DNA of 64,000 nt from the human T2T-CHM13v2.0 reference genome, Homo sapiens: the NCBI RefSeq assembly GCF_009914755.1, contig NC_060933.1. One strand, 5' to 3'. Position numbers and translations under genes: made by a program. Below the pieces are notes generated by a model. It saw nothing but the letters and a program-made list of their open reading frames with translations. It had not been told where the DNA came from and ran no database searches. Each line of letters opens with the position of its first letter. Within the stretch, counting starts at the first letter, position 1. This document shows positions 13,174 to 26,240 of the stretch, piece by piece.

Positions 13174-14064
13174 TGTAAACAAAAAGGATTTAAGACATGT
13201 CCCAATCAATTTAGAAAGTTTATTTTGCCAAGGTTAAGTACACGCCAGTGACAGGCACAGCGTGGTTTTATACATTTTAGGTAGACATGCGACGTCAATC
13301 AATATGTGTAAGATGTATGTTGGTTCGGTCCAGAAAATCAGGACAACTAAACATGAGAAGGGGGCTTCCAGGTCATAGGTAGATAAGATAAGGTTGTGGC
13401 TGGGCACGGTGGCTCACACCTGTAATCCCAGCACTTTGGGAGCCCGAGGCAGGTGGATCATGAGGTCAGGAGATCGAGACCATCCTGGCTAACAAGGTGA
13501 AACCCCCTCTCTACTAAAAATACAAAAAATTAGCCAGGAGTGGTAGTGGGCGCCTGTAGTCCCAGCTACTCAGGAGGCTGAGGCAGGAGAATGGCATGAA
13601 CCCAGGAGGCAGAGCTTGCAGTGAGCAGAGATTGCGCCACTGCACTCCAGCCTGGGCGACAGAGCGAGACTCCGCCTCAAAAAAAAAAAAAAAAAAAGAG
13701 AGAGAGACAAATGGTTGCAATGGTTGCATTCCTTTGAGTTTCCGGTTAGCCTTCCAATGAATATACAATTTACAGGAATAGTCATATATGCTTTAGTCTG
13801 GCTTAGGGAAACAATAGGTCAAAGGAACCAATCAGATATACATTTGTCTCATGTGAGCAGAGGGATGACTTTGAGTTCTGTCTGTCCTTGGTCCACAAGG
13901 AATTTCCCTGTGGGCAAATTTTGTGGGAGATCTGTAGCTGTTTTATTTTCTAGCTATCTTATTTACGAATAGAATGGGAGGCAGGTTGCCCAATGACAGT
14001 TCCCAGCTTCACTTTTCCCTTTGGCTTAGTGATTTGGGGATCCCAAGATTTATTTTCTTTCATA
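13174..14064 (-). mobile_element. MER4A-type solo LTR (ERV1) interrupted by AluY
   Basis: Minus-strand start tatgaaagaaaataaatcttgggatccccaaatcactaagcc matches my recollection of MER4A; 4-bp flanks gttg/gtag. Confidence 0.8.
13398..13697 (+). mobile_element. AluY
   Basis: Dimeric Alu with AluY diagnostics (gagatcgagaccatcctggctaac; ggcatgaacccaggaggcagagcttgcag) and an A tail. Confidence 0.92.
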
Positions 14065-14750
14065 GTAGTAAAATAAATAATAAGTATTTTGAAGAATCTC
14101 TAGGTTCTGTGAATTTCTTGAGGTATTTCTAAACAATGTTTGTGTCTGTCTTCCAATGAAGCTTTACCGACTGAAGTGTTATCGTTAGTTTCTTCTATTT
14201 CGACCCTCTGCCTCTTTTCTTTTTTATTGAGAGGGCTGTATAGATTCCTGTAAGTGCTAACAGTCATGCTGTTATTTTGGTCAAAGTCACCTGTGTGCTC
14301 TCTGAGCATATTACCTGAAGAAAAAAAATCAATATTTGGGATCAGCAGTATCTCCAATCTGTATTCTTTATTAAGACTCCTGGAAGGGCATGTTTGCTGT
14401 CCTGTACTGAACACTTGTCACACCTACGTAGGTGCTTGCTAAAGTATCACTGAAGGAACATTTCTATTTATGCAAGAACTATATTTAAACATTGGATTGT
14501 ATCAGATGAATACATGGAGAATTAGAGAGGTTAAGTACATTTCCCACCATTTCCCAATTTTAAGTGAGGCTATGCCTCAAACGTTCTTTGATTCTCCAAA
14601 GTTCAAGTTTTTATTCTCATGGAATTGACCTAACACCCTTGTCTAGTCCCAGGCTTTATGCTATTTAACTATAGTTCTGTCTTTTGCAGTAAAACAAAAT
14701 AATTCTATTTGTCCTTCCACAGAGCACCACCAGAAACAACTGAATCTTAT

Positions 14751-15248
14751 TGTTAGCAAAGATTAATGAGCTCTGCAGAGGCAGAAAGAGAACTTAATTT
14801 TCTAACAGCAATCTGCAGATCGGGGAGATGCAGCCTTTGGTGCAAAATGAAAGTGGGCTCTGAGGACGGGGTTGGAAAGTTGGAGATTATAAAGGTGCAA
14901 ACTTCAGGGCAGGAGAGGAGAATCAGAAGAATGAGGAACAGAGTCTTGATCGGATGACCATTAAGCCCAAATCACCAATCTCTCTTAATTGGCTGGTTCC
15001 AGGCGATTGGTTGGTTGGCTCCAGGTGGTCATTTGGAGGTACGCTGGGGAAATTTCCAGCAGTAGCCTATCTCAGAACTCACAAGAGGAACTGGTTTGAC
15101 TTGATTGTAGAAAGGAAGGGCCTGTGACACTTTTACACAGTACGTGACTGCTTCTCAGTCAGCTATGATTGCTTGCTTCTATTTTAACTTTGAGCACCTC
15201 AGACATGAGGAATCCATTTTGTCTTTCAGCTGGGGACATACTTTATGA
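14751..15248 (-). repeat. 3' LTR of the provirus
   Basis: Aligns along its length with 20938-21458 (roughly 80% identity by eye); followed on + by the reverse-complemented PPT. Confidence 0.88.
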
Positions 15249-15260
15249 TTTCCCCCTTTT
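15249..15260 (-). promoter_or_regulatory. Polypurine tract (AAAAGGGGGAAA on minus)
   Basis: tttccccctttt directly abuts the LTR boundary. Confidence 0.85.
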
Positions 15261-18200
15261 GGTTGAAACTTGCCATAGGCAGCATTGATGACCAACTTAT
15301 GTTCTTGTTGCATATTATTGCCAGAGTGGTGTAGCTAGCTGATTGGAGTCCATGTAGTCCCTCCCTGGGACCCATGTGGCTGAGGAACTTATGGCCAATT
15401 CAAAGAAGTTGGGCCAAGTAAGGCAAGAAGGCAGATAGGCATCTGTTAGCTCTTTATCAGTGTCTCTTATGGATGTTTGGTGGTATCAGTTAAGTCTATG
15501 AATAAAACCTAGAAGTGTCATGTGATAAAAATCCATGTCGGAGAATTGGCAAAACATTTGTAAAACAGACAAGAACAATTTTTAAAAGAAACTAGCTGCC
15601 TAGGCTTCATAGGAGAAGGATCTAAGACAGAACTGTGGATGACAAGAACTTAGAGTACCATAGTTAAAGATGCAATTGATAAGATAATATGGTTACTTCT
15701 GTGACATACAACAATTTAACATAAAAACCATAATTATGACTAATAACATATACCAATAAATATAAGAATTTAGGAATATTATACAATTTTGGAACACATA
15801 CCGGTAACACATTTATACAAATACAAATCAAAGTTAAATACCAATTTTAAAAAGTTGTCATTGTGTCTTATATGATTTTAACATATCAAACAAGCCTAAT
15901 ATGTCTTTCTTGGACTTCCTGGGGTTCCTGTTATGTCCAAGTTAGTTCGGGACAAAAAACTTGATTTTAGAATTTTCCATTTAATTTTGGAAAGTTTAAA
16001 TATCAAAGGTTTAAAATTGTTGATCAAAGTAGAATTACAGATCACTAGGAAATATAGCAAAAGAGTTTAAAGGCACAAAGCACAAGAAATTATTTGGATA
16101 AAACATTAACTGGAATCTCTTTCCTAGGTCATTTATGTAAAAAGTAAAGAAAAATCTGTTTTATAATTTTCTACTAAAGAACAGATGAATCCCCTAGGAA
16201 TACCCTGTTTTTCTGACATTATAGCCCAACTCTGGCCTTACATCAGTGTGCTTTTATATTCATAATTGTCTTCTAGTTTTAACCAATTTGATCACACAAA
16301 ATTCCTTCCATGGGATTAATCATTAACAAATTTTTACAATTTGTTTAGTCCTTTTAGTTTGTCCTATATTTTTTGTTTTTGTTTTTATTTTTGGCATTCT
16401 ATCTTAGGATAAAAATTTACCTTCCTTCCTCCTCATTATTTTGACGACACAGTTCTTTCTCATGTCAAAAAAAGAAAAGAAAATTACTTTTGCTTTTGAA
16501 CTTTTTTTTTTTACCAAAAACATATTTTTGAAAATATACTCTGTATATTTTTAAATATCTCTTCTATCTAGTAGTTTTAATTACATATATTAACTACAAT
16601 TTTAACTCTTAGTAAACCTAGTTTTCAGAGAAAAACCTAAGGAGTAAGTAATTTTGAACTGTTTTATGTTAGAATTTGTGGATGAAAAGAATTGCATAAC
16701 TTTTAGAATGAAATATTTTCTCAAAATTTTTTGTTTATTAACACATCTACAAATATTTAGCTTGTCAAAGTATATAAACTCAAATATGTTTAATAATTAA
16801 TGTTTCTGAATTTTAACTTAGATATGACTTATACATTTTATATTACTTATTTTAATATAACATGACCTTAAGATTTTAAGTTATTAAAAATAATTTTGAA
16901 ACTGTGACACAGGTACCCTTTCTAATGTCTTCCCCAGTTGGCCTGGGTCCCAACTACCCATGTGGCACTGAAAGATAGATACAAAGGGCAGGGCCCATCT
17001 AAGTCCTGAATTTACAAACCAGGAGTAGAGCTCAGGACAGAGTACGGAACTGTGGAGATATTGCCTGGAAAATTCAACTTTTTCAGCATGGTCTAGGAGG
17101 GGAAGTTGGGCCAGGGAGAATGTGGCCATATTTGGCTTGGCTCTGCCTTGCAGCTGGTGGTCCAGGCACTGAGGACATGTCTTCAGCCCTCATCATGGCC
17201 ACCTGTCCTCTGGATTCTCCAGAATCCAGAGACTGTCTTCACAAGCTCACAGCAAAATGGGTGCAATGCTTTGGGCGAGGCCAGAAGGCAACCCTTATAG
17301 CTTTAGCTCACAGACAAAGCAAGAAAGTATCAAAAATACTAGAGAAGTGAGAGTTTTATGACCTTTAAACATCTAGCAGCAACGGCCAAAACCTGTCTGA
17401 CCAGTACACCCAGGAAAAATGTCTGAATTATATTTAATACTGATAATTCTGAAGATATTCTAATTTTATTTTGACAATAATTTTAAACTAGTTTTGTTTA
17501 CCAAATATTACTAAAGTCATATGAGCTAAATGTATTTGAGTTAGTTTCTATTTTTCTGATAAAATATTTTTAGATACTTTAAAATATTAATTAGAGCTCT
17601 TTCATATATTTTGGTAGCAAAATATCACATACGCATAACACATATAAACATATAGACACACAGACATACAGATAGAAGCAGACCTTATAGATTTATAAGA
17701 GTCTTCATTTTCTAGTATTCAAATAGTTTTTCTCCTCCTTATAGAATATTATATCCTAAATGATTGTTAGCAAGGCAACTTAAAATTTGTACTTCCAAAG
17801 ATGTAACTTCTTATATGAAAATTTAAATCACAAAGGCTTAGATCTAAACACCATTATTTGCTGAGACAAAGAAATAGGTAAGGCCTAGTCAAGACAAGAT
17901 TGCCAGGAAAAGTATCTTAAACAAAAGTAAGGGTTGTTATACAAATTTAAGCCAATGTCTTCGCCATTGTAAAAGTTTCTAGTTGTTTACGTGCAAGAAG
18001 GAAGATGCCCTTATAAATGTTAATTTTTTATAGAACAGATTTCTTTTACAAAGACTTTCACAAACTAGCCAGCTAAATGTCTGAAAGTATTTTTGAGACC
18101 AGTCTAGTTAAATAGGTGTGTGATTTTTGTTTGTTGGTTTGTTTGTTTTTAACCTTAGTTTATTTCTTGATTGGATACCTGACTTCAGGGTAGAGCCCTT

Positions 18201-18728
18201 TAATAAGGCAAAATACAAAACAACAATAACAATAACAACAACAAAACATTTTCCATGCCTGGTCTTAGCATGGATAGCTCTAAAAAAGAAGCAGTTCTAT
18301 CTGATGACCTACTGTTTATAAATACCTTATCTAGTATTTCTTTCTTTCTTTTAAACCAAAGGTACCTTTTCTGGTAACTCAACAAAACCAGTAAGTTTTA
18401 ACCAAGGTTATGACTGAAATGAAGATGAACTAGGGATCTCCAAAGAGATGAAAAGCAGTTTTCACAAGATCCAAAACCATCCCAAAGGTAGCTCAAAGGT
18501 AAGTCTCATTAGCCACAAATAAAATACAACTCACATTTCTGTCTGGCCATATTTTCTAGGTTCACAGCTTCTTAGCTGAGTGCCTGTGCAAAAAGGCCCA
18601 TAAACCCTGTGTGCCCCACAGACAGAAAAAGACAAAATAAAATTCTGTCCATGAGAGAGAAAAGGATCAATAAAAATGGGCAACCTGAAAGGCCAAGAGT
18701 CATGTATGTAATTTAAAACAAATGGAAC

Positions 18729-18798
18729 TGGTTTCCTGACTGGGCCTCAATCCTGGACCATAGCCATTAATCACAGAATCTTAGCCATTAGACTATAG
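18729..18798 (-). pseudogene. tRNA-Glu-derived relic including the 3' CCA, inside the ERV interior
   Basis: tggtttcctgactgggcctcaatcctggacc...gaatcttagccattagactatag aligns to the reverse complement of tRNA-Glu+CCA (TGGTTCCCTGACCGGGAATCGAACCCGGGCC...GAATCCTAACCACTAGACCACCAG); many mismatches are at CpG sites. Confidence 0.7.
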
Positions 18799-20914
18799 TG
18801 TGAAACGCTTTTTGTAAATCCTGCTGGGGATCCAAAGCAGGCAGTATGAGTGTACAAAAAATTTTAACTTTGCTTTAGGTAATAGTTTTCCTCTTTAGGT
18901 TTGTCAAGAGAATTTCTAAGTCAACTCTGACACTATTATGTGTGTCTTCAAAAAAAAAATATTTTCATAAATGCAAATAAGGCAATTGCTTAAAATGAGA
19001 TATTTCTACTTTTTTTCTATTTTTAAATTTAGGAGTCTAGTTTAAAAGATCCATCTTCTGGCCATTCACAGTTAGAATTCCTAACGGTGTGCTTACTCCA
19101 ATATCAACTCAACCCAATAGGCTTTTCATGGAAATTTCAGGATGTAGTTTTCCAGGTTTAGGATACACCTTTCTGAGTTAAGAAAGAGGTGTTTACTGGA
19201 GCAGGCATAGAAGAGACAATCTCAAAGATAGTTGTGTGTATGTTGCCTCTGGTAACCCACAATTTTTTTGGGTCCACTAGTCACAGACCCATTAATCTAT
19301 GACACTTGGTAGGCCCTCCTGGAATTGGACTTTCCCAGTACCAATCAGGCAACAAGGGTTTAGATGACTAAAGCCCAATAGGGATGGGCTTTCCTGAGAG
19401 CTTGACACATTCAGAAAATGTTTTTAAAAAGTGTGTTAATAAGAACTGCAAACTGAAGAGTCTGCAGGACTGGCTTGAACAAATGGTCTTTTAGGAGTTT
19501 TAGGCTCATGTTGTACCCTATGGTTCTCTGCTTTATTACAGAACAACACAAAAACACAAAGACAAAAGAAAAGACAATCTGGGAGACAAAAGATTTTAAA
19601 TAATATGAATATTCATATCAAAAAGTAGCATACAACACACCAGAGTCACTACATCCAAGACTAGTCATACAAATCATTTTCTCCAATTAAAAAAGATTTT
19701 GTGGAGGAGACAGTGATTTTTACTGTCTGTCTGCTTGACTGAATTTCACAGAAAGAGAAGCCAGAAGCCCTACTGGTAAGCAATTCTTACCTTTCTGCTG
19801 GCTTATCAGGTCTCAGGTTACCTTCACTGCAGCTCCCAGAAGAGCAGAGGGGCTTTGGTCATGCTGCTCATAGTGTCAAAACTGTAGGAGTAGAGGGAAA
19901 GCTTCCCCTTTGCCCACTGAAGGTTCAAGTAATAATCAACTCACAAAGGGAATCCATAGGAGAAGTGGCATACAAATTTATTAACTTGATCACAGGGAAT
20001 AACCCCAGAGTTATTACCTACTTCTTGATAAATGAAAAGTCTCAAGGAAAAATCCTTCTGTCAAGTAGAACAACTAGCTGGATATAATAACTCAGGACTG
20101 TCAACCAAATGGGAGGACCAAGACTCAGGAAAGACTCACCCAGCCACCTCTAAGTGTGGAGGAGCCACTGTGAGTCCTCATAATGTTCCAGAAGAAGAAG
20201 GTGGTGGTGAGAAGGGGAAAGTGATGGGCGGGGGGCGGGGTGAGATGCAAGTAGGGGAGCAGGGAGACACAGGGTGCTTTGTTTTAAGGTCTGAGAGCCT
20301 TTCATGTTTTCACAGATGTTGGTTAAGTCTTCAGATTTGTCTCCTTTTACAATTTACAGAGGTTCCAATTGTGTTTGGAGCTTTCAAATATTCAAATTAA
20401 AGAAAAGACTCATTTTTGAGAAGTCAGACTTCTCTTTGTTTTAGTTTTGTCTGTAGATACTACAATTTAGATGCATTTCTCGGGTCAATTATTATCCAAC
20501 CTTTGTTTTAAGTTTGAAAAACCACCAGAGTGCCTGATGGTGGCCAGTCAGAGACTGTTCCTTTAGAATCTGGGTCACCCATAACACTCACTTTATGAAA
20601 GTGCCCCTTTGAATGCAGCTGAAGTGTAAGTGTCCTCACAAAACTGAATTGTGAGTGTACCTTACAAAGTGCAAGCATATCCCCGAAGTGTGGGCATACT
20701 CTATTAATGGCTACCCCATAGAGCTGGATGGGCAGACTTCCTAAAGAAAATAAAGTCTCCAAAACTTCAGCCCAAAAATGGGAGACCTTAGATTCGAAAA
20801 GCCTTGCCCAATTCCTCCCCGATGCAGCCAGGAAGTACTGAACATAAGGGGCTCATGTAGGCACCTATGCCTTGGTCCAACTGGCATTGGGAAAGAGGTT
20901 TGGGGCCACTTCAG

Positions 20915-20932
20915 ATCCCATCCTCCTCATCA
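20915..20932 (-). promoter_or_regulatory. Primer binding site, tRNA-Ser(GCU)-like
   Basis: Minus strand TGATGAGGAGGATGGGAT vs the complement of the tRNA-Ser(GCU) 3' end, TGGCGACGAGGATGGGAT: 15/18 matches, 5 nt from the 5' LTR. Confidence 0.75.
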
Positions 20933-20937
20933 ACAAA

Positions 20938-21458
20938 CGTTAACAAAAGATCAATGAGACCTGCAGAGGCAAAAGGAGAACTTTATTTTCAAAAAGCAAT
21001 CTGCAGATCGGGGAGATGCAGCCTTCAGTGCAAAATAAAAGTGGGCTTTCTGAAGAGTTTTGGAAAGTTAGAGATTATAAAGGCAAAAACTGCAGGGAAG
21101 AGAAGAGGAGTCAGGGGAGTGAGGGACACAGCCTTGATTGGATGACCTTTAAACCCCAAATCATGTCTTCCTTAATCAGCTGGTTCCAAGTAGTTGGTTG
21201 GTTGGCTCCAAGTGCTCTGTTGGTGATATGTTGGGGGAAATTTCCAGCTGTAGTCTATCTCAGCACTCACAAGAGGAACTGTTTGGCTTGATTGTAGAAA
21301 GAAAAGTCCTGTGACACTTTTATAACATCTTACTGAGAACACAGAGTACATGACCACCCCTCACCCAGGTAGGGCTGTCTGATTCTATGTTAAATTTGAG
21401 CACCTCAGTTAGCCATGGGGAGTCCCTTTTGTCTGTCAGCCAGGCACGTACTGTAATA
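20938..21458 (-). repeat. 5' LTR of the provirus
   Basis: Direct repeat of 14751-15248; adjacent to the PBS. Confidence 0.88.
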
Positions 21459-21747
21459 CCATATTTGTCTTTCTGATGCATATCATCTTTAACTACCTTG
21501 AGTTTTCCTTGAAGATAATGGTTTGCAAACTCTTTCAATATCCTGGCATCCTCTGTGAATAAACTTTAGTTCTTAGTCTTAGGGAAGCTCTCATAAAATA
21601 AAAATAACATGAAATTCTAGCTGAGATTGAGTTTTGTTCTGACAAATTCCAGGATTTGAAACCTGAACAGGACACTTAGTCTCTGCATCTCTTTTATTCA
21701 TTTGCAGATGAAAATGGCACCTAAGCCAGCACAAGGTTTTTCTTTTT

Positions 21748-22460
21748 AAACAGGTTTATTAGTGTATTATAAAGTGCAACATTTCAAAGTATACAGTTCA
21801 ATGTTTTTTAGTACACAGTTGGCTCTCCATGTTCCCAGGTTCTCTGTATCCACAGATTCAACCAACCATGGATCATTTACAGTGTTGTGCAAAGAACACC
21901 ATGATCTAATTTTAGAACATTTTCATTCTCCCTACAAGAAACACTGTAGCCATTAGCAGTCACTACTCACCACCCCCAGCTTCCTTCCCCACCCCACCTT
22001 ATCCTCAGTGCTAGGTAAATACCAATCTGCTATCTTTTGAAATATATTTGTCTGTTGTGTGCATTTCAGAATAGATAAAATCATATAATTTTTCTTCTTT
22101 TCTAACTGGTTTCTTTTACATAGCCTAATGTTTTCAGAGTTACTCCATGTTATAGCATGCATCAGTAATTCATTTTATAGCCAACCAATATACATTGAAT
22201 GGATATGATACAATTTGTTCATCAGTTGATGGACATTTGGATTGTTTCCATTTTTCAGCTCTAATGAATAATGCAACTCTAAACAGTTGTGTATAGGTTT
22301 TTATGTGGACATATGTTTTCATTTCTCTGGAGTGGAATCGTAGGAGTGAAATTGCTTCACATGATAATTATGCATTCGTATGGTAACTCTATGTTTAACA
22401 TTTTGGGAAACTGCCAAACTGTTTTCCGAAGTGACTTTACCATTTTAAATTCCCACCAAT
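21748..22460 (-). mobile_element. Old L1MB-type 3' end fragment
   Basis: L1MB-like 3'UTR (aaagtatacagttcaatg...gatggacatttggattgtttcca...ctgccaaactgttttcc). Confidence 0.75.
21815..21875 (+). mobile_element. MER2/Tigger-type DNA transposon end fragment inside the L1MB
   Basis: cagttggctctccatg...tatccacagattcaaccaaccatggatc resembles the MER2/Tigger3 terminus. Confidence 0.55.
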
Positions 22461-22583
22461 GAGCATTTTATGAGAACTAAAAGATTGAGTTAATAGTCAG
22501 AGGAATAAATAAATGCTTAAGCACTATCCATAGTTATTCTTATTATCTTGTTTTGTCTAACTTCTCCCAGAAAGCAAGCAGCA

Positions 22584-22628
22584 TGTGTGTGTGTGTGCGT
22601 ATACGTGTGTGTGTGTGCATGCGTGCAC
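22584..22628. repeat. Imperfect (TG)n microsatellite
   Basis: Alternating purine-pyrimidine tract. Confidence 0.9.
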
Positions 22629-23319
22629 ATTTTAACAAATCTCCCAGTCATCTTGAGGATTTCTTTAGGTAATTCCTAGAGTTAATGTTTGTGGCTTATG
22701 AGCTCATGTTTTGTTATTAAGGCTCTGGTGAGGCAAAGAACAGATGTGAGTCTGGTATGTTCAAATTAGCTCTCCAGTTACCTACTTGCATTGTAACTAT
22801 CCTAACCTTGGCCAGTCATCTCTCAGGAACATGCCAATGATTTCACACATGTGGATCAGACAGCAGTTGTGGTCAGTCTGACTAAAGAAATGACTGGGAA
22901 GAAAATTTATTCTGTTTGTCCCAGAGATGGAGGGTGATTTGTGCTAATTTACAGGTAGGACAATACTAATTACACTGACAGAACCGAGTACTACCAAGAA
23001 GTTCATGAGCACATGACTCAGAGAAGGAGCTTGTCCTTCACTGTCTCTATTTCATATGAGACTGCATTCTTAGAGGCAAGAATCACATCTTAGCCTGTTA
23101 CTGTATAGAAGTACATATGGACATAGTAATACGGACATAGTATTACATAATCAAAATAGGAAATTCTATACCTATTAGAAATATATTTCATTTGAGTTTA
23201 TCTATACATATTTAGAACACAGGAAATTACTTTTTACTAAACATTTAGCTTTGTCTTAAATATTTCTCATCTAATATCCAAACTATTCAAAGTACTTTTT
23301 TATTTTTTAATTTTCATTT

Positions 23320-23614
23320 TAAGTTTTAGAGACAGGGTTTTACCCCCTCATCCACATTGGAGTGCAGTGATGTGATCATAGCTCACTGCAGCCTCAAACT
23401 CCTGGGATAAAGCCCTCCCTCCTTAGCCTCCAGACTAGCAGCTAGGACTACATGTACATGCTGCCACGCTCAGCTAGGATTTTTTTTTTTTTTTTGTAGA
23501 GACAGGGTCTCACTATGTTAACCAGGCTGGTCTATAACTCTTGGCCTCAAGCAATCATCCCACCTTGGCCCCCTGAAGTGTTGGGATTACAGGTGTGAAA
23601 CACTGCACCTGGCC
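23320..23614 (-). mobile_element. AluJ
   Basis: Antisense Alu with J-type features (gatcatagctcactgcagcctcaaactcctggg; gacagggtctcactatgtt). Confidence 0.88.
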
Positions 23615-24574
23615 AAGAAATACTTTTTATTCTCTTTATTACAGATGAACAAAACTAATACTCAAATCACCTAACACCCAGTTCCTAGGATAGATGAGCA
23701 ATGAGCACTCACTAATTTTTTCAACTATTAAACCAAAGAAATAAGCAAGAATACGTAGTCACTTTGATTTTAAAAAGATGTTTCTATTTTAATACTTTAT
23801 GTAATAGGAAATTATTCTTAGTGACAAGCCTTATTAAATATTTAGGTAGAAAGGTTTATTTAGAAGTATTTGCCCAGATCAATTTTTTTTAATAGATTAT
23901 TAAGGTAAAAGGATTCTAAGATTAGATATGGAGATAATAATTTTCGATAAAGATTGATTTGAGACACTCTAAAATTTCCCAAAATACATAACCCAGAGCC
24001 TTATCAATTATACAAGGGTCTTCAGTGGTGTTCCTGAACACATTTGGTGGACAAGTCTACAAAATAAAAACACCTCAGATCATTCATCTAATTCCTTTGG
24101 TTAAATATCTCTTTTTTGAATTCCCAACCCTTGACCACACCACCCTTAGAGCTTTGCTGAAATTAACCAGCCCTTACCTTCCTGGTTATAAGTGTCCTTG
24201 TACCCTTTCTGGAGTGATATTAAGACAAACAATCAGTTTTCAATAATAAATAGAGGATACATCAGTGTAAGGATGTCTAGTCAAGGGTAAAGGCTAAAGG
24301 AGAGTACAATCCAGTAAACCGCTTTTACAGGATGGAAGTGAGGCATGGAAAATATGGTAAGGTCATCACAAAATTTATTCACTGAATGGTCACTGTATAC
24401 TTACGGTGTGGCATGGTTATTATCATGTCTATCATAGGACTATTACCATGTCTATGATAGGACTACAGCTGTCTGAACAAACGAAGTAATGGTTCAATTG
24501 TTTAACTTCTATTTAGATTTATTTATTTATTTATTTATTTAGTTCTATTTGTTTCAGTTCTATTTAGTTCTGTT

Positions 24575-24921
24575 TGCTGCACTAATCTGGCAATACCCAG
24601 AGCGTCTCCTTCTCAGAAGAACCATAAGTTCTCTCCTCTGAGTATCTGAGGCATCAGTACCAGAGAAGCTGTGTCCCTTTGGTCTAAGTCCCAGCTTTGT
24701 AAAGTTCCCCTCAGAAGCTTCTAAATATTGATAGTTCCATTCTTCTCCTTTGTTTCCCCAATCTTAGGGTGGTAGCTTCAGTTACTGCTTCTGTGATATC
24801 TTTGTGTTCTCTTTTTTCTTTTCAGTTTTTAAATACCCGGGTAACAGTTCTTTTTGTTAAATTCACTCTATTAAAATCACTTGAATATTTTCTGTCTTCT
24901 GATTAGACCCTGATGATTACA
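24575..24921 (+). mobile_element. Old ERVL-type LTR 3' portion
   Basis: Ends attaaa...ctgtcttctgattagaccctgatgattaca, similar to ERVL-class LTR ends; family not assigned. Confidence 0.45.
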
Positions 24922-25721
24922 ATCACAGAGGAGTAGACTATAGTGTATGGGTAGTTGATAGGTCTTTTCAGATACTAACACTTGAATGTGAAAGAAAATA
25001 AATTAAATATATTTCACTGTGCTGTCTTCTTTATATTTCCTTCTTGAAGAGTCTCTGCCCTTATATTTTACTACCATTAATAGTCATATTCTGGAATGTG
25101 TGATCATGGCCACAGCTGACTGGACCACAGTGGGCACATTACTTAGGGACAACAGATTCCAGGCTGATCAATTGTCTTTGACAGTGTTTGACATAAAGTG
25201 CTCTGCCCAAAGATAGATGAGCTGAGCCACTGAGCCAAAAGGATTCTTTTTCGGTGATTTTTGAACCAAGAGTCCCAGTTCAAAGCTGGACCAAAAGAAG
25301 CATACAATGCTGCTAAATCAGATTAATGGCAGAGCATTAGTAGCTCATGAATTATTGCCGTGGAGTTTTTCAGAGACACTTGACCTATGAATCACTCCCT
25401 TTTACCCTCAGCAAAAGCATTTTCATAATTAAGACTTGGTTTATTTTGCAAGATAGATATATCCTTGTCATTTGAATGTTCAAGCAGATAATTGATGGCT
25501 GTCAACTTTGTTGTGGAGGGGATTTCTTCAATGAAAGCTTTCAGGATAGAATATAAGATGTGTATGTATTTCTGGGCTTTGCTCTAGACCCACTGAATAA
25601 GGATATCCTAAGAATGGGTTCAAGTCATATACATTAAAAATAGCAGTAATAACAATAAGAACAACTCTCTCCTCTAGGTAATGCTGAAGTTGATCAACAA
25701 GACGTGGAAGGAAAAGAACTA

Positions 25722-26240
25722 TATGGCTATTCTGGCTATCAATTGCTGAGTGACAAACTATCCTAACACTCAGTGTCTCACCATTTTTATTATATCTCAT
25801 GACTTTCTGTGTCATGAATTCAAGCAGGTTTCTGCTGAGTGATTCTTCAGTGCCATCTGGCATGGAGTAGGGTGAATTTAACTAGATGCTAGTTTCATCT
25901 GGAGCATACAAGATAGCTTCACTCATATGCCTGGTGTCTTGGTGGGGACAGCTGAGCTGCTCTTCCTCTCTATATAGTTTCTGAACATCTGCTTGTAGTT
26001 TTGCCAGCAGGGGAGTTGAACATCTTATGTGGTTGCTTGGCGTCCTGTGGTGGCTAAGGACACTCGCATGTTAACAATCCTCTTAAAGTGTAGGCTTGAA
26101 TCTGGTATGTAACACTTTGAGTGTTCTCTACTGGTTAAAGCTGTTAAAGTGCAGCCCAGATTTGATGGGAGGGAAAATAGGCCCCATCTTTCAATGAGAG
26201 AAGAGTTAAAGAATTTGTGGCCATCTTTAATCCATTACTA
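25722..26240 (-). mobile_element. MLT1-type MaLR LTR
   Basis: ctatcaattgctgagtgacaaactatcc...ctcatgactttctgtg...gaatttgtggccatctttaatcc is typical of MLT1G/H/K. Confidence 0.7.

Larger units (their letters stand above)
14751..21458 (-). mobile_element. Two-LTR ERV1 (MER4-supergroup-like) non-autonomous provirus
   Basis: Direct ~500-bp LTRs at both ends, PPT next to the left LTR, PBS next to the right LTR, and an AT-rich ~5.7-kb interior with no long ORF. Confidence 0.88.

Noticed and set aside
13514-13785. Alu-derived ORFs (also 32838-33032, 41306-41503, 57982-58324)
   Set aside because: Standard Alu translations.
18729-18798. Functional tRNA-Glu gene
   Set aside because: Heavily mutated stems, anticodon region and B box, and embedded in an ERV; reported only as a relic.
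20032-20400. 122-aa ORF in the ERV interior
   Set aside because: Antisense to the provirus, G-rich low complexity, no recognisable domain.
14747-21462. TSD for the provirus
   Set aside because: Flanks ttat vs ccat match only 2/4, so they were not used as evidence.
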